DNA of 64,000 nt from Macrostomum lignano (Eukaryota). Below the pieces are notes generated by a model. The model was not told the DNA's origin. It ran no database searches and saw only the letters and a program-made list of their open reading frames with translations. Positions 33,303 through 45,662 of this stretch are shown here, piece by piece (the first letter of the stretch is position 1; the number at the start of each line of letters is the position of its first letter). The stretch is from positions 190,777 through 254,776 of the forward strand of contig NIVC01001655.1 in NCBI GenBank assembly GCA_002269645.1, written 5' to 3'. The position numbers and the translations under genes are program-made.

Positions 33303-34880
33303 TTGACTTACTTAACTTACTGACTTAGGTACAGGGGGCTCCGTGCATCCGGATTCAGCGAGGAGGCGTTGCCGCCCATTCGGTTAACCTCTGGCAACCA
33401 CGGGCAGCTGGTGCTGCGGTGTCGTGAAGAGAGATCCGGTGGTGCCGGTGTCCGTAGCGCGGTCCCCCTCTGGAGATTCCAGAAGGTGGAGTGGATGGTC
33501 GCTAGCCCGGTAGCCCGGTAGACGAGCTGGTAACTTAGATTCTCAGGCCTGAAAATGTCGGAGAGGTCCGGGTTTGGGCCGAGATAGGTGAGCCTGTCCT
33601 GAGTAAAAACGGGGCATTCACAGATGTAGTGCTCCGCATTCTCGACACCGGAGAGGCAGAATGGGCATTCCGCGCTACGGATATTTCCCTTTTCGCTACC
33701 GACTATGGCCTCTTGCCAGGCTTTTGCCTTGTACCCGAGGGTAATGCTGGCCTTAAAGAGGTTGCAAAGGAGGCTGAGAAACCCGTCATTTTTAACTGCA
33801 TCATGGAGGAAGGCAGGATAAATGTTTTCAGGTCCCGGTGACTTGAAGGGAGAGAAGGATTTTGCGGCGCGAGCCGTCCTCTCTCTGGAAATGATGGTCA
33901 AAGCCAGGATCAGTCCAGTTGTCCAGTGGGCCTAGCTGCGGTGCGGTACGTGGGAAAGAGCTCGTAAGCATGATGTCCAGCGATTCCCCGGGGTTCTCAG
34001 CGAGCCGGCCATCCGGTCTTTTAATGACTGAGAGCTTTGGGGCCGCCACCGGGGCGACATTCTCACTCTCGGCCTGGTTTTCCGAGGGGGGGGGGCGCAG
34101 TGGTGACACTAGGCTGGGGGTTGTTGCGGTTGTTGGCCTTGGCGGTGTCCAGCAGCTGCTTCGCGCGCTGAGTCAGACCAGAGCGGATAGTGTTCAGACA
34201 AGGATTTCTCTATAACTAGAACCTTTTTCTAGAACCTTAGTTCTAGTTATAGAGAAATCCTTGGTTCAGAGCGGGTTTCCGGCCCTTTCTCCACGTCCGC
34301 CTGTTTCTGCAGCTTTCGCGGCTTTTCCCCTAACGATGTTCACATCCTCGGAGGGGTTTGACGAACGGGGGCTTTTTTTCTAGGTCGTTTCCGCCCTGCA
34401 TAGCTCCCACTCCCCCACTTACGCTTCTCCCCCACTTAGCTGAAGGTTTGAATCTGCATCAGCCCCACAGAGATTAAGGACATGTGCGCTTGGGACTTAA
34501 TCTGTCCGGCTTAGAAAAACCAGAGACCGAACCAAAGGTCCATCAGCGGGTACTACACTGGGGCCTTGAGGGAGGACAAAAGGCTGTCTTCGGAGCCTGC
34601 GAACTGGCCGCATACCCTGCTAAAGTCAGGGGGTGATACCTGCTCCCCAGAGCCGTGGCCAGAGGTACCTGATACACACAGGTTCACTAACGGGCAGAAC
34701 TCGCACCCAAAGCGGCCAAGACAGAAGCCAAAGCCACGGATGGGTTGCCGCCGCCGGAGCCCAGTCAGTCCAGCAGCCCCAGAGCTGCCTTGAACACATG
34801 CGGGACTTGAACCCCTAGGTCGGCTTGTGAGTCCGCTTGTAGCGAGTTCTCCTGCCATTCCTGCAACCAGAATAGAGGGG
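33303..34880 (-). mobile_element. Internally deleted non-LTR retrotransposon (I-group, LOA/R1-like)
   Basis: KRPDGRLAENPGESLDIMLTSSFP (pre-RT linker); SFSPFKSPGPENIYPAFL...LFKASITLGY..KAWQEAIV (RT region 0) fused directly to CPFC...ENAEHYICEC (CCHC knuckle). TAAG-type repeat tail at ~33303-33328. The 5' boundary is approximate. Confidence 0.7.
34199..34263. mobile_element. 65-bp mini-MITE with 24-bp perfect TIR and 7-bp TSD (P-superfamily-like)
   Basis: CAAGGATTTCTCTATAACTAGAAC...GTTCTAGTTATAGAGAAATCCTTG. GTTCAGA lies at 34192-34198 and 34264-34270. Confidence 0.8.
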
Positions 34881-35685
34881 GTGCAGGTGTGTAGGATCGC
34901 AGACCTTAGCTCGTAAGCCTGATCTGACTAGCTCATGCTACACAGGCGTGCTGAGCCCACCATTGCATGCGAGTGTGTGCGTGCCGAGTGTGCAGAGTGG
35001 ATGCAGAGTAGTCGCAGAGTATATGCAAAAGGCCTGGCAGAGCATGTGTCAGAGAGCAGGAAGAGTGACCATGCACTCTCTAAGTCATCAAATTTTCTGA
35101 ACAGGAAACGACCTTCAATTCAGCGGTAGACGCAGAGAGTCAAAGCCACTGTACACTCTGCATGAGCGCGTGCATGAGTACAGTATTCGCGCACTCTTAT
35201 GTGCTGAGGAGTCAGCCGAAAGGGCAGAAGAATTTCTCAGCGCAGTCCTGGCAAACGCATGCTATAATAAGGTGATGGTCGCATATAGGTTTGTTTGCAT
35301 AAATTTAGCCTCTCTGTGCGCATTGTACGTCCAATGCTAAAAGAGATTCGACGGAGTACGTTTTTGTTCAACTTTTTTCTGCTACTTTGCTCACCTTTTT
35401 CTGGGCACTTAATTCACAGGCTGTGCGTGCTCTGAGAGCGCGGTGGAAACAATAATGCTGCTACATCGTATAGTCGGGTTTACTGGCATCTGGGAATGTC
35501 CCGCCAAGTTTGAGAGCAATTTTGTCAAGCCGTTCGTTCATCTGCCCGAAAAAAGTATTTAAAAAGTTTTTTTCAAGCTTCCACCTGCTACTGCCTATAC
35601 TACTCCATCTATCAAAGCGCAGATATGTGCAAAATTACGTGGGCTCAGCTCTTGCTAATTATACTGATTCTTTAATGTGTTACAG

Positions 35686-36779
35686 TCTGTTTTATTACCC
35701 TGCGATCGTGGCATCCAAGCTCAGATGGCAAGGTGCAACAGTACCATACGACTGCGAGTGCAGAAGTTACAGCAGAAACTCCGTACAGTGACGACTTCTC
35801 CGCCTCATTATCGCGCGTGCTGCAGCGACAGCGATCAAACAGCTGCTTGTACACGTTCAACTCTAGTCTGCAGTTGCCGTTGCTGCGACTTGACTCCCCG
35901 GCCGAACTGGATCAGAAGAATCGAGTCCAGGCCGCAGCAGCCTGGCTGTGCTCGTCTGTTGACGTCGTGTTCGCCGCCTCGGTGCGCAACGCCATGCGTG
36001 GCCTGCCCAGCACGGCCCAGCAGATGCAGCGCCTGGCCCAGAGCTTTCGCAGCGCCGCATTTGTCTTCGTAGAGAACGACAGTTCGGACGGGACGCGACA
36101 CTTCCTAGCCAACTGGCGCCGGAACGACTCCCGCGTGCACCTGCTGGGCTGCGGTGGCACGGACGCCCCGTGCCGCATGAACATCAGTTACTCCTCCGGC
36201 CGCGCGCACCACCAGGGCTGGTCGATGCGGCGCAGTGAAGCGAAGAAAATCGAACGAAGCGTCGTGATGTCCGCCCTGAGGAACATCTACCTGCGATACA
36301 TTTACCGGCATTTCTACCAGCCTGATCGAGAGACGCTGCTGATCGTTGTTGATGCAGATATAACCTTCCATGCCTGGGATCTGGACGCTATCCTGCAGGG
36401 CTTACACTACTTTCGTGACAGACCAACGCTACAGTCCGTGTGCGCCCACACTAGGCACTATATCTACGGCTACGACATGTGTACTCTGGCGTTTCACCCC
36501 GACAAGGTCTTCTCCGAGGCCCCCAAGGAGTCGCCTGTGATTAAGAGCTTCCGCACCAAGTCACCACCGCCTGGCCTCCCTCCCGTGAAGGTATTCGGCT
36601 GCTTCCAGGCCGTCACCGCGTACCGGCTTAGCCACCTTGCCAAGAACCGGATCGAGTACGGACCAGCCCATGGAGAGAGCACCTGCGAGCACCTGACACT
36701 GTCGAAGCAGCTGACTGAGAACTACCTAGATTTGAACATGAAGCTTTCTGTCTTCAAGCAGAACGAAGGCAACTACTAG
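35686..36779 (+). CDS. GT-A fold glycosyltransferase (GT2/CAP59-like); catalytic region in a single exon, 5' exon uncertain
   Basis: VVFAASVRN; VFVENDSSDGT; MSALRNIYL; DxD motif IVVDAD; FGCFQAVTAY; CEH near the C-terminus. Probable acceptor gtgttacag| at 35685; AATAAA at ~36830. Confidence 0.7.
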
Positions 36780-39700
36780 CAGTTGTAATAGTATATGTAG
36801 TACAACGAAGACACGAACTATTAAATAACAATAAAAAAAAATTTTAATAATCTGCATTGCATGATTTTCTACGAGTAGCTACGATTTTCGTACGCTCCTT
36901 TTATACAATACTTTTATGCAGACGCATGCATATGCAGTGACTTGATTTTTGGTACATGTGTGTACTTCTAACACTTAAAACTGATTACAATCACACTGAT
37001 TAAGACAAATAAAGTATTTCAGGCACCGTGGGATCTTTGCAATTGAGATCTGAAATTGATGCAAAAAAATGCGTGAGCTATACTACGTGTATCTATAGGA
37101 GGACTCAAGGGGATCAGCTACATACGACCTTTCAAAGGGGAAACAGAGGTCTTATTCACTGGAAAAACCACCTGCGGCGCTAAGCTACAATTAAAAATTC
37201 GCCTGCAGCGTCAAACTATTACGGTCTGTGGGATAAGATGGGTTTCGGCCTTTTCGGCTTCTTGGAGAGGAAGCCTTCGGGCCTCAGGTCTCAGAAATAA
37301 ATCAATTAGAGTCCTGGCCCCCACTCCTGTCAGATGGTCAGCCCCATGGTAGCTTGATCTGTGGCGAGCAGTCAGAAGGACAGCGAGAGAGACAAGCAGG
37401 GAAATTTTTGAAGGTAGAGATCAGCTAATCCGCAGATTAACTAACCCGCTGCCACCAGCCCGTGCGTTCTGGCTCACCAAACCGGGACTTTCGAAATCGG
37501 GCTTCCGACTAGAGGGGCTTTGCACTTACCTGCCAACTAGTGTCTTTTTGCTGTCTATCTCGAAGTCATAGCCGATGATAAGGGACACTGCTGGGACTTA
37601 TCGCATTGGCTATACAGGTACAGAGGGGACTTGTGCAGGGGATTCTTGCAGTGGCGAGACTATGGGGTAGCTACATGTACTATTACATTGCTAAATACGA
37701 AGAATTGTACTTTTGGCCTTCAAAGCGCCAACCAGCCTCTCGTAGCGCTGATGATAGACTAACTCGAACTTCGGAGACCGCATGACTCACTACCCGAGCC
37801 GCTTGGCTAACCTAGAGTGCACAGAGTACATCTCTAGCGCCGATTTTGCACTCTTGGCAATTTTGCTAACTGATTTGATAGTTGATCGATTGAGAACTGC
37901 CTTGTCATTGGTCCACTGTGACCGGTGCCTATACTAGCTTAGCTACTCATCTGAGCCATCGGCGAACAAAGAAATAAAACCGATAAAAATAACTGTCAGA
38001 TAACCTTCTCACTTCTCACTTCAGATTGAATTGGATTAATGAGATTACTAGCAGTATTATTGAATGATTTCTGCCTCAATAACAGCACTACTGAACAAAA
38101 TGAGCAAAAGTGTGCGCCTAATCCAGCTACTGAAATAGTGGACAGATAAGGAATCACCCAATCAAGCAAGTCTAGGTAGCCTCTCACTCAACCAATCAGA
38201 AACTCAACAGCCGGAGACCAGGTAATCCACAGTGACCGAATCGGCTTAGTGCTTCGCAGCTGGAGGCCCAGGATGTTGGTGTCACCGTCTTTGCTGATAG
38301 CTAGCAGGTGATGATCCTAACCTCGATGATTGATGCCGTCGACCGGGGGGATTTGTCCTTGATGATGAGGGGGTTGTCGCAATCCGGGGAACAAGAGACG
38401 ACGGTCGTGACTCCGGAATAGGCCGAGTCACGGGAGTCCAAAGTACAATAGGTTCCGAGGCGCCAAAAGGAGTGAGTCCGAGCGGGCCAAAAACATCGGT
38501 TTATACGCCAACTGGACCGCAATTAGTTATAATGTAACACTTCGACGCTGATTGGCGGAGCCGATTTGCTATAACTGACGTCGAATTTTCTGATTGGCTG
38601 AGCTTGTTGCCACCCAAACTCACGTGACCAAAAGATCCTATCAGTTCCCTCGGGGCCATAAAAATACGCCAGGTACGTGTCACCATAAATCACTCAAAAT
38701 CGCTACATAATGATTTACGACTTTTCGCGTAGGAATTACAGAAATAAATGAGAAAATGTGCATTAGAAAGATCTTATTAAGCAGAAGGTGAAGATGGTGA
38801 AGAGAAATCGCTAATCGCTAATCCCAAAGTACTTTTAGGGGGAAAACGCATAGCTGTCAGAGCTGTCAAACGCTTGAGTAAACACGAACAATAGGCCCTG
38901 ACCTCATAAATCTGATGGCCTGTCAAAATAAATGATTGAGAAAAAAGAATTTGAGAAAAAATCCTCTCAGACCATCTGGCGCCAGCCTCAACACTGAGTG
39001 AGGCGCAGGTGTCTGTCAGACAAGCTCACAAGTAATGATTTATGACACCAAAAGTAGCGAAAACCGCCCCTATGTTATAATGACCACAGGTATGGCAAAA
39101 TGAAATAGTAGGCCTAGTTACAAAATCCTACTAGTACGAATTCTAAGAAAATTACATAAAAAGAAGAAAAATGCCCATAGCCTGCTGTTAGCAGGCTACC
39201 AAGTTCGGAACCCATGTGCGAGCGTGAAATTTGGAAAAAAGTGCGTCCTCATCATGTAGCTCGGAACGAAAAAACCTCTAAAATTGACAAATACCCCCTC
39301 TTTGTCTTTGCTTAATGTAAGGAATTTAACAACACCGAAATTATTGTCTATAAAAAAGCGTGACTTTACAAGAGCGTAACGCCACAACGCCGAATATGAT
39401 AGCATCGACTATATGAAGTGAAAATTCACTCTTGTAGTAAATATAGCAATTAATGAGTAATCCCTTCAGTTGTCAATTTCTTTGTCCTTCAAAAAATATA
39501 ATAAGTCAAAAAAATGCTTTGAGTTAAAGTAGAATTTTGTATTTTGCTGTCTAAGCTTTTCTACATGTACGTAGTGTTACTCCTTGAATTTTTTGTTAAG
39601 CTTCGTAGTTTGTACGGAAGTTCCAAGAAAAAAAGCTGGGTGACGGCCATGAGTCGACTACTACTTTAGATATATTAGAAAGTTCGTCTTTTGCAAAGCG

Positions 39701-40043
39701 CAATTTGTAGACCGTACGTAGGCCTAGTTTTAGGGAGTCTTAGGCCTGATTAGTAATTGTAACAGTATATTTTATTTAACAGTGGTTTTTTGTTCAAATA
39801 GTATTCGAAATAAACTATTAATCGACCAGTTCGAAATTTTGAACAGCAATCGAAAAAAGGACTCGCTCGGACAGTATTTCTTTGGTTTGGTAGGCCTAGG
39901 CTTAGTAATGATATGCTTAGGCCTAGTAATAGGCCTATATTAATAATAATAACTGACTAGCTGGCGTATCCACAATGCTGACACATGTCAAGTGAAGTAG
40001 CTGGGGGCCAGGGCAGGGCCAATCACCATATTCAATTTTGTCA

Positions 40044-43000
40044 ATGGATGCATCTTCACTTATTACTCAAGTTAAAAAGCCAGAGTCAGGCAATGCTGAA
40101 GCCAGTGAAGGAAATTTAGACTGTTTAGTAGGCCTAAGTGAAGCCAAATCTAAAAATGAACAAATTACAGATATAAGTGTGCCTGAAAATACAGCTACAG
40201 AAATACATTCTAAGAATTTTCCAAATGACTATAGAAAGAGTGACTGCAAGAAAACTAGGCCTAAGAAACAAAAGTCAAATAAAGAATTTTCTGCTGGTAA
40301 GTTTTTTTATTCGAATTTAATTTTTTGAGCTTAGGTCTTTTTTGTAACTTGATTTAGGCATTATAAAGCTTAAGCCTTAGTTATCGACTTATCGTTGAAT
40401 AAATAGGCCTATAGACCTAGTTAGTTTATAAATATTAATAGGCCTATCACTATAGACCATAGGCATAGGCCATAGATTAAAAGAAACTTAATTAAAAGTA
40501 GTTAAGCCCCCTAAAGCTTTAGTCCAAAGACAAAAAAGAATTTATTAAAATATAGTCTTATAGTTAGGCCTACCTATTTAGGATTAGGCCTACCTATTTA
40601 GGATTAGGCCTATAGGGCCTAGGCCCTAGTCATTTTGGTGATAAGACATTTTGGTGACAAACAAGTGACAAGTCATTTTGGTAACAACTATTGTGCTTTC
40701 AAGTATAGAATTATATTGCCAATCTTAATTTAATGAAGCCTAAAATTTCATATTACTAAAATGGTAGGCCTAAAGTGTTTATTTGGGATCAAAATGGCTA
40801 CACCCATAATGGCCAAAAATTGCCTTCAAGGATAATACAAGCTCAATTTATTAATCTCCTATGTTTTTAGTGATAATTTTGTATAAATGGTTTTGGAAAA
40901 GTATATGCTTGAAAATTGAACTTTTTTAGAATCTTAACTTCCAAATGTATATATTTTCCAAAATAAATTTATTCTAAAAAACATTTAAAGGATTTGAATA
41001 TTAATTTCAATAAACAGTGTCTATTCAAATTTTATTTACTCATTTTTTATTGCAGCAACAGTGCTATGTCAGTTTAGTATTTTAAAAAAAATGCTTATTC
41101 AAGGTTTGCTACCTATCTTTTACCTTCCCGCTTTTGATTCACTGTTATTCTCTTATCATTGTGACTAAGCTGTATATTCTTGACCTGTTTACCTATACTA
41201 ATTTCTACTAATCTGCATTGTCTCTATTCTGAAAGTAACTATAACTGCTGATATGAGTTAGTTTTGATAGAATTATAATTTTATCAGGTGTTTGATAACT
41301 TGCTGAATTTTTAATTTAAGTTTCATTGAAATTTTCCCTTAGGACACCTCTCTCCCCAACCTGTCTCAGAATTTATCTACCTAATCTTCAATAGACCCCC
41401 ATGCCTCTATTGAAGTTTAGATAAATTCAATCCCCATGAAAACTCTTCCTACCCTAAAACCCCCTATTCCCCATGCCCCAGTTGTTGGTGGTTGTCAGCC
41501 CCCCCCCCCTGCAACCTGCCCTACCTCCCCTGAGACTCGCCCCCCCCCCTCAGTCTTGGAATTTATCTATCTAATATTCAATAGACCCCCATGCTTCTAT
41601 TAAAGTTTAGGTATATAAATTCAATCCCCATGAAGACTCTTCCTACCCTAAGACCCCCTATTCCCGATGTCTATGAAATAATGAAGCTCAAATTTGAAAT
41701 TAGCACCATCAAAAACCTATATTGAGACAAAATTGTGATCCTATCAAAACTGCAACTATTTTATCTACCTAAAGTTCAAGAAGTCCAACTATTTTTGTCA
41801 TACCACATGGTATTTGACTTTCTAGTTGGTATTTTTCTGCTTTTAAGCAGAAAATCTGCTTAAAAGCAGAACTCTGCTTTCTGCTTTTCTGCTTAATGCT
41901 TTTTTCTTTATTCTTTATTACTGTTACTGCTTTATGCTCTATTCCTAGTACTGGTCAGTTTGATATTTTTTGTTAATTTAATTTACCAGGCTCGCCCAGC
42001 AGCAGCTTTGGCAGCAGGCTTCTAGCCCAGTTATTCTGCTGTTTCGGCCTGGGTCACGTGCCCGACTATAACTTGGCAAGCAGCGCCGATGAAGAAGTGA
42101 TTGTGAATCATAGCAAGCTGTTGCCAGCTGAAGAGGATGAGGCTGCTGATCCCCAGTCTGAGTTAGTGAAGCTGGACATTGAAGAGCAGCCCGAGGACGA
42201 TCTGTTTGCATTCTCCGATCTTGGCGGCCTGTTGCCGGCTGAGGTGCCAGACTTCAGTGGCAGAATTTGCGCCGTCATCGACTTGGACGAGACTCTGGTG
42301 CACAGCTCGTTTCAGGTTGGCGATTGGTCATGCCCGTTTTGGTGACTCACACTGGTACATGTCATGAGTCATGTACACTGTGAATCGCAGGGTGCTGACC
42401 CGATTTTTAATTAGTCTTAAAATTAATAGATTAATATATAATCTATTATAAGCGTATGTACTTAGCAAAACTACTTTCTACTTTCAGTTCAGTAGCAATG
42501 ATAAATACATAAGCTATTTTATGAGAATAAAGGCAGCTGAAATGACTTTGATAAGTCTCGAAATCAAGCTTGCAGAGGTAAACAGCTTGCTAGTTATAAT
42601 GTACATTAGCCAGTCCACTCAAATGTACATGGCAGCTTTAGGCTGGACCGCTGGAGCATCTGAAGAAGGTAATAAAAATTGAGTGACGGGGCAGGGGTAG
42701 AGGTTTAGTGTAGAGTCTGAGGGTTTAAGCTTGGCTCTTTATTGGTAAGAGCCAATAGATAAGTCTTGACTTAAAAAATAAATTAAAATGCTTCAGTTTT
42801 TCTTACTACTGAACTGAAAGTAGCTTACACGCACTTGTGCTGAGTGGCCCATCTAGTTCTTCTAGCATCTGGGTTAGGCTTAAGGTCTAAATTCATTTCT
42901 CCCGCACACCACTCTTTTGGAAACGGATTGGCAGTGCCCAGACGAGCCAGACTTCAGCATCGAAGTGGAAGTGGAAGGCGTGCAGCACCAGATCTACGTG

Positions 43001-44334
43001 TTGAAGCGGCCATTTGTCGATGAATTTCTTCATCGAGTCGGTCAGCTGTTCGAGTGCGTCCTGTTCACTGCCAGTATGGGAAAGGTGAGAGAAGTCGAAG
43101 GCTTTAATTAACTAGATTCCGTTAGCGTGGCTTTAAATTCTACTTATATAAAAGTACATTTTCTACTTTTAGTACGCCGACCCCGTGTGCGACGCTCTGG
43201 ATCCGAACGGTTCCATTCATCATCGACTGTTTCGCGAGGCCTGCGTTTACCATTGCGACAGCTACGTGAAAGATTTGGCCACTCTGGGCAGGCCCGTTGA
43301 TCGATGCTTCATCATGGACAATTCGCCAGCCTCCTACATGTTCAATGTGGACAATGCGGTACGTGAACACGAGAGAATCCTCGTTGAAGGGATTTGTGTA
43401 GATTGGGTGTAGGGGAATCTTGAGTGATTTGCGTTCGGAAATTCCCGTGATTTGCGTAGGTAGATAAGGGAATCCCAACTAATTTGCGTAGGAGTGTAGG
43501 AAATCCCAAGTGATTTGTTTAGGGGACATAGGGGAATCCCAAGTGATTTGTGTAGGTGGGCTGCAGGGGAATCCCAAGTGATTTGTGTAGTGGGTGTAGG
43601 AGAATCCCAAGTGATTTGCGTAGGTGGGGTGTAGGGAAATCCCAAGTGATTTATGTAGGCTGATGGAGTAGAATCCCAAGTGATTTGTGTAGGTGGGGTG
43701 TAGGGGAATCCCAAGTGATTGTGTAGGTGTGGTGTAGGGGAATCCCAAGGGATTTGTGTAGGCTGATGGAGGGGAATCCCAAGTGATTTGTGTAGGTGGG
43801 ATGTAGGGGAATCCCAAGTGATTTGTGTAGGTGGGGTGTAGGGGAATCCCAAGTGATTGTGTAGGTGTGGTGTAGGGGAATCCCAAGGGATTTGTGTAGG
43901 CTGATGGAGGGGAATCCCAAGTGATTTGTGTAGGGAGTGTAGGGGAATCCCAGTGATTTGTGTAGGTGGGGTGTAGGGAATCCCAAGTGATTTGTGTAGG
44001 TGGGATGTAGGGGAATCCCAAGTGATTTGTGTAGGTGGGATGTAGGGGAATCCCAAGTCATTTGTGTAAAGGGGGTGTTCCTTAGGCTAATGCTAAGGGG
44101 AACTGCCTTTAATTCCTGTGGTCCTGCGTCCCTCCGCAGATCCATGTCAACACCTGGACAGGCGAGCCTGATGACACGGAGCTTCGCGATCTGATTCCGT
44201 ACTTGGATCGTCTGGCCAGTTCCGACTCGGTTGCGGAGTTCTTGCGCAACAATCCTTCGCCAACTGGCGCCCCAGTTTCTATGGCCCAATTTGCTGTTGC
44301 CATGCGGATGCATTCTTTTTCGAGTGAATCCTAG
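40044..44334 (+). CDS. CTDSP: CTD small phosphatase (SCP/NIF family, HAD DLDET motif)
   Basis: Exons 40044-40296, 41990-42315, 42935-43084, 43173-43358, 44140-44334. [10 protein letters not shown]; LFCC; [15 protein letters not shown]; [12 protein letters not shown]; [18 protein letters not shown]; RLFREAC; YVKDL..LGR; IMDNSPASY; [10 protein letters not shown]. Confidence 0.93.
43395..44065. repeat. ~35-bp minisatellite (GTAGGGGAATCCCAAGTGATTTGTGTAGGTGGGGT)n in the last CTDSP intron
   Basis: About 18 variant copies. Confidence 0.92.
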
Positions 44335-44399
44335 CTAGTTATATTTCCCGGTTGTGACTTCACGTGTCAGCTTATCTCCATGCTGTACAGGGTTTTGGG

Positions 44400-44680
44400 T
44401 GTTACAAAAGTACATCAAAATGGTTTGGGGCTCAGCAAAAGTGCATCAAAATGGTTTGGGGCTCAGCAAAAGTGCATCAAAATGGTTTGGGGCTCTGCAA
44501 AAAGTACAAAGTGGTTGATTCGCAGCTAAAGTACATCAAAAGGGGTTGGGGCTCTGCAAAAAGTACAAAGTGGTTGATTCGCAGCTAAAGTACATCAAAA
44601 TGGTTTGGGGCTCTGCAAAAAGTACAAAGTGGTTGATTCGCAGCTAAAGTACATCAAAAGGGTTTGAGGCGCAGCAAAAG
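44400..44680. repeat. Short tandem array of ~31/62-bp units (AAAGTACATCAAAATGGTTTGGGGGCTC...)
   Basis: Repeated blocks downstream of the CTDSP stop codon. Confidence 0.8.
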
Positions 44681-45662
44681 TCCATGCAACAAATAATATC
44701 TTAGTGCACTTAACAACAATCTACAATTAATAGTTCATCTTTGAATTAACAGTGTTCTGCATCATCAAAGCAAAGTCTATTATTAGTAAGCTCAAGACCC
44801 TGATATAATTTAGTGTTACTAAAATCCACCTGTAAGATCACTTCTGTAGAAGAGGAACCAGATTCGAGACAAATATAAATGCCAAAATATTCAGTGCTGC
44901 AAATCGCTTTATTAAGTATTTTTTAAGCTTCATACTTCACTTAGTTTTACATTTTTTACTAATTTGGCCAAGTATTTCAAGTTTTTTTTATAAATATTCA
45001 TACCACTGAAATAGTATGAGTTAGGTTAGTAATAAACTGCTTCAAGGGATTAATCATTATGTCGGCCTTGAGTTATAAAATTAGCTATCGCGTCTTCCAG
45101 ATGTATTCCACTTTGCAAACCCTTCATTTCTTTGTTTTGAAATTGCGGCTCTATTTTTGTGTAAAATATGTTTCATAAATATTCTATTAACCAAATTTGA
45201 TGTACCCTAGCTTTCTTCTTTATCAATGCTCATTAATAAATCTTGTATTTTCTGGCCAGGATCTTTGCTATTTGATAAAGTTTAGACTGAGTTTTGAGTT
45301 TGATTGTGTAAATTTTTTGTCAATATATTTAATCTATGTTTTTTGATTGTTTAAGAATTGGAAAAAAAGCAAAAATAATTTGTTGTTTGTTAATATCTTC
45401 ATCATTATTTACATATAAATAACGATAATGTTTAGTGAGACAATCAACAAGGTTCGATTCCCTTGAGCACGCGAATTGGCCTGGGATAGAGTACACGCCT
45501 GACGTTTAGAAAGCCAGGGCCGCTGTACACTCCCTGTTGTGAACTTTCGCCACGGTGCCGACAACTTGTACAACTGTAGTCAGCTGATTTGGGACAAAAA
45601 ATCTCATAATGTTAGCTTTCGTCTTTTCTTCAGTCAAAGTGCAACAAAAAGCTTCTAAACAA

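Noticed and set aside
37150-38190. Possible second decayed LINE 3' fragment on the minus strand
   Set aside because: Only faint motif echoes (LLTARHRSSYH, DLFLRPE); too degraded to support.
43334-44313. Minus-strand repetitive ORFs
   Set aside because: Minisatellite in a CTDSP intron, antisense to a well-supported gene.
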